DNA from: Chiloscyllium plagiosum
Taxonomy: Eukaryota
NCBI RefSeq assembly: GCF_004010195.1
Contig: NC_057718.1
Span: 53,813,615-53,877,614 of the forward strand
Length of the DNA: 64,000 nucleotides
Direction: 5' to 3'
Shown here: piece after piece, positions 63,321 through 64,000 of the stretch
How positions within the stretch are numbered: position 1 is the first letter of the stretch
How the letters are laid out: each line of letters starts with the position of its first letter
Program-made: the position numbers and the translations under genes
Notes under the pieces: generated by a model
Database searches by the model: none
What the model saw: only the letters and a program-made list of their open reading frames with translations
Told to the model about the DNA's origin: nothing

Positions 63321-64000
63321 TCCAAAATGAGAAGAGAGATGTGATAGTAGGAAAAGGTGGAGGCCACACTTTGTGATACATTCTGTACATGAACAGATAG
63401 GTTTGTCCTGTATTGTGATGCATCGACACATTTGGGATGAGCTATAATCATAAGTTGCTCCTGATGGACAGTTCATTCAACAGGAGAAGGTAAATATTTC
63501 ATTGATTTATAGAGTGTTTCATAACAGATTAAATCTTTTTACAGCGAAAAGACTTTGCCAATAATCCAGACAGTTCCACTCTGACAAAGGAAATGAGGTA
63601 AAAGACTTTAGAGACCAATGCAATAGGCAGCATACAGAAGCTCTCCATGTCAATTTGGGAAACTGTGAAGAGATAAAGGTGGGAGGGAGATTCTTTGCAC
63701 ATCCAGCCATTCTGCCTGACCAGGATACATACAAACTATTCATAATGGTCATGTATTTGTGTTGTAAACTAGTATGTTCAATTGAGTTTTAAACTCTGAT
63801 TAACCCATTCCACCCACCATATTGGCTGTAGTCAAATCTTGAGTAAAATTATCTCAATGTACCAAACTTGCTCAACATCATGAGTGAAACACAATCATAT
63901 TGTGATGAATGAACATCCTCTACTACTGGCCACAGCTGCACACCTCTCCTCAAGTGACAGCGATGTTGTGACAAGCAAAGTCATGAAACAGGTGCTGGCA

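Noticed and set aside
63400..63600. Two short + strand exon-like pieces (…QFIQQEK and RKDFANNPDSSTLTKEM)
   Set aside because: The implied intron is only ~55 nt, the first acceptor is weak and I recognise no homology.

Overview
Repeat-dominated eukaryotic DNA, almost certainly from a cartilaginous fish. The taxon is inferred from HE1-type SINEs and HER1/CR1 LINEs, and a shark is most likely. I found no intact host protein-coding exon, so the window looks intergenic or deep-intronic. It is a mosaic of decayed CR1 LINEs, HE1 SINEs, a tRNA-headed LINE/SINE pair, Penelope-like elements (PLEs) with hammerhead-ribozyme motifs and fold-back arrangements, a Tx1/L1 fragment, Harbinger-like remnants, solo LTRs and two degenerate Gypsy elements. 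A 25-codon processed pseudogene of ribosomal protein L41 (37198-37275) is too short for the ORF track. The most striking signal is in two separate copies of one Gypsy LTR family (1284-1973 and 16045-17101). Each carries a tandem pair of 5'-truncated, poly(A)-tailed non-LTR inserts, one insert family per LTR, all in the same orientation and at the same homologous nucleotide (...GTGT^CAGAGATTC) just downstream of the LTR's CCAAT and TATA-like boxes, with target-site duplications (TSDs). Empty copies of the site are also in the window. This points to sequence-specific, probably Tx1-clade, retrotransposons that target another retrotransposon's LTR promoter. Boundaries of old repeats are approximate, and family names come from recognition by eye, not from database searches.
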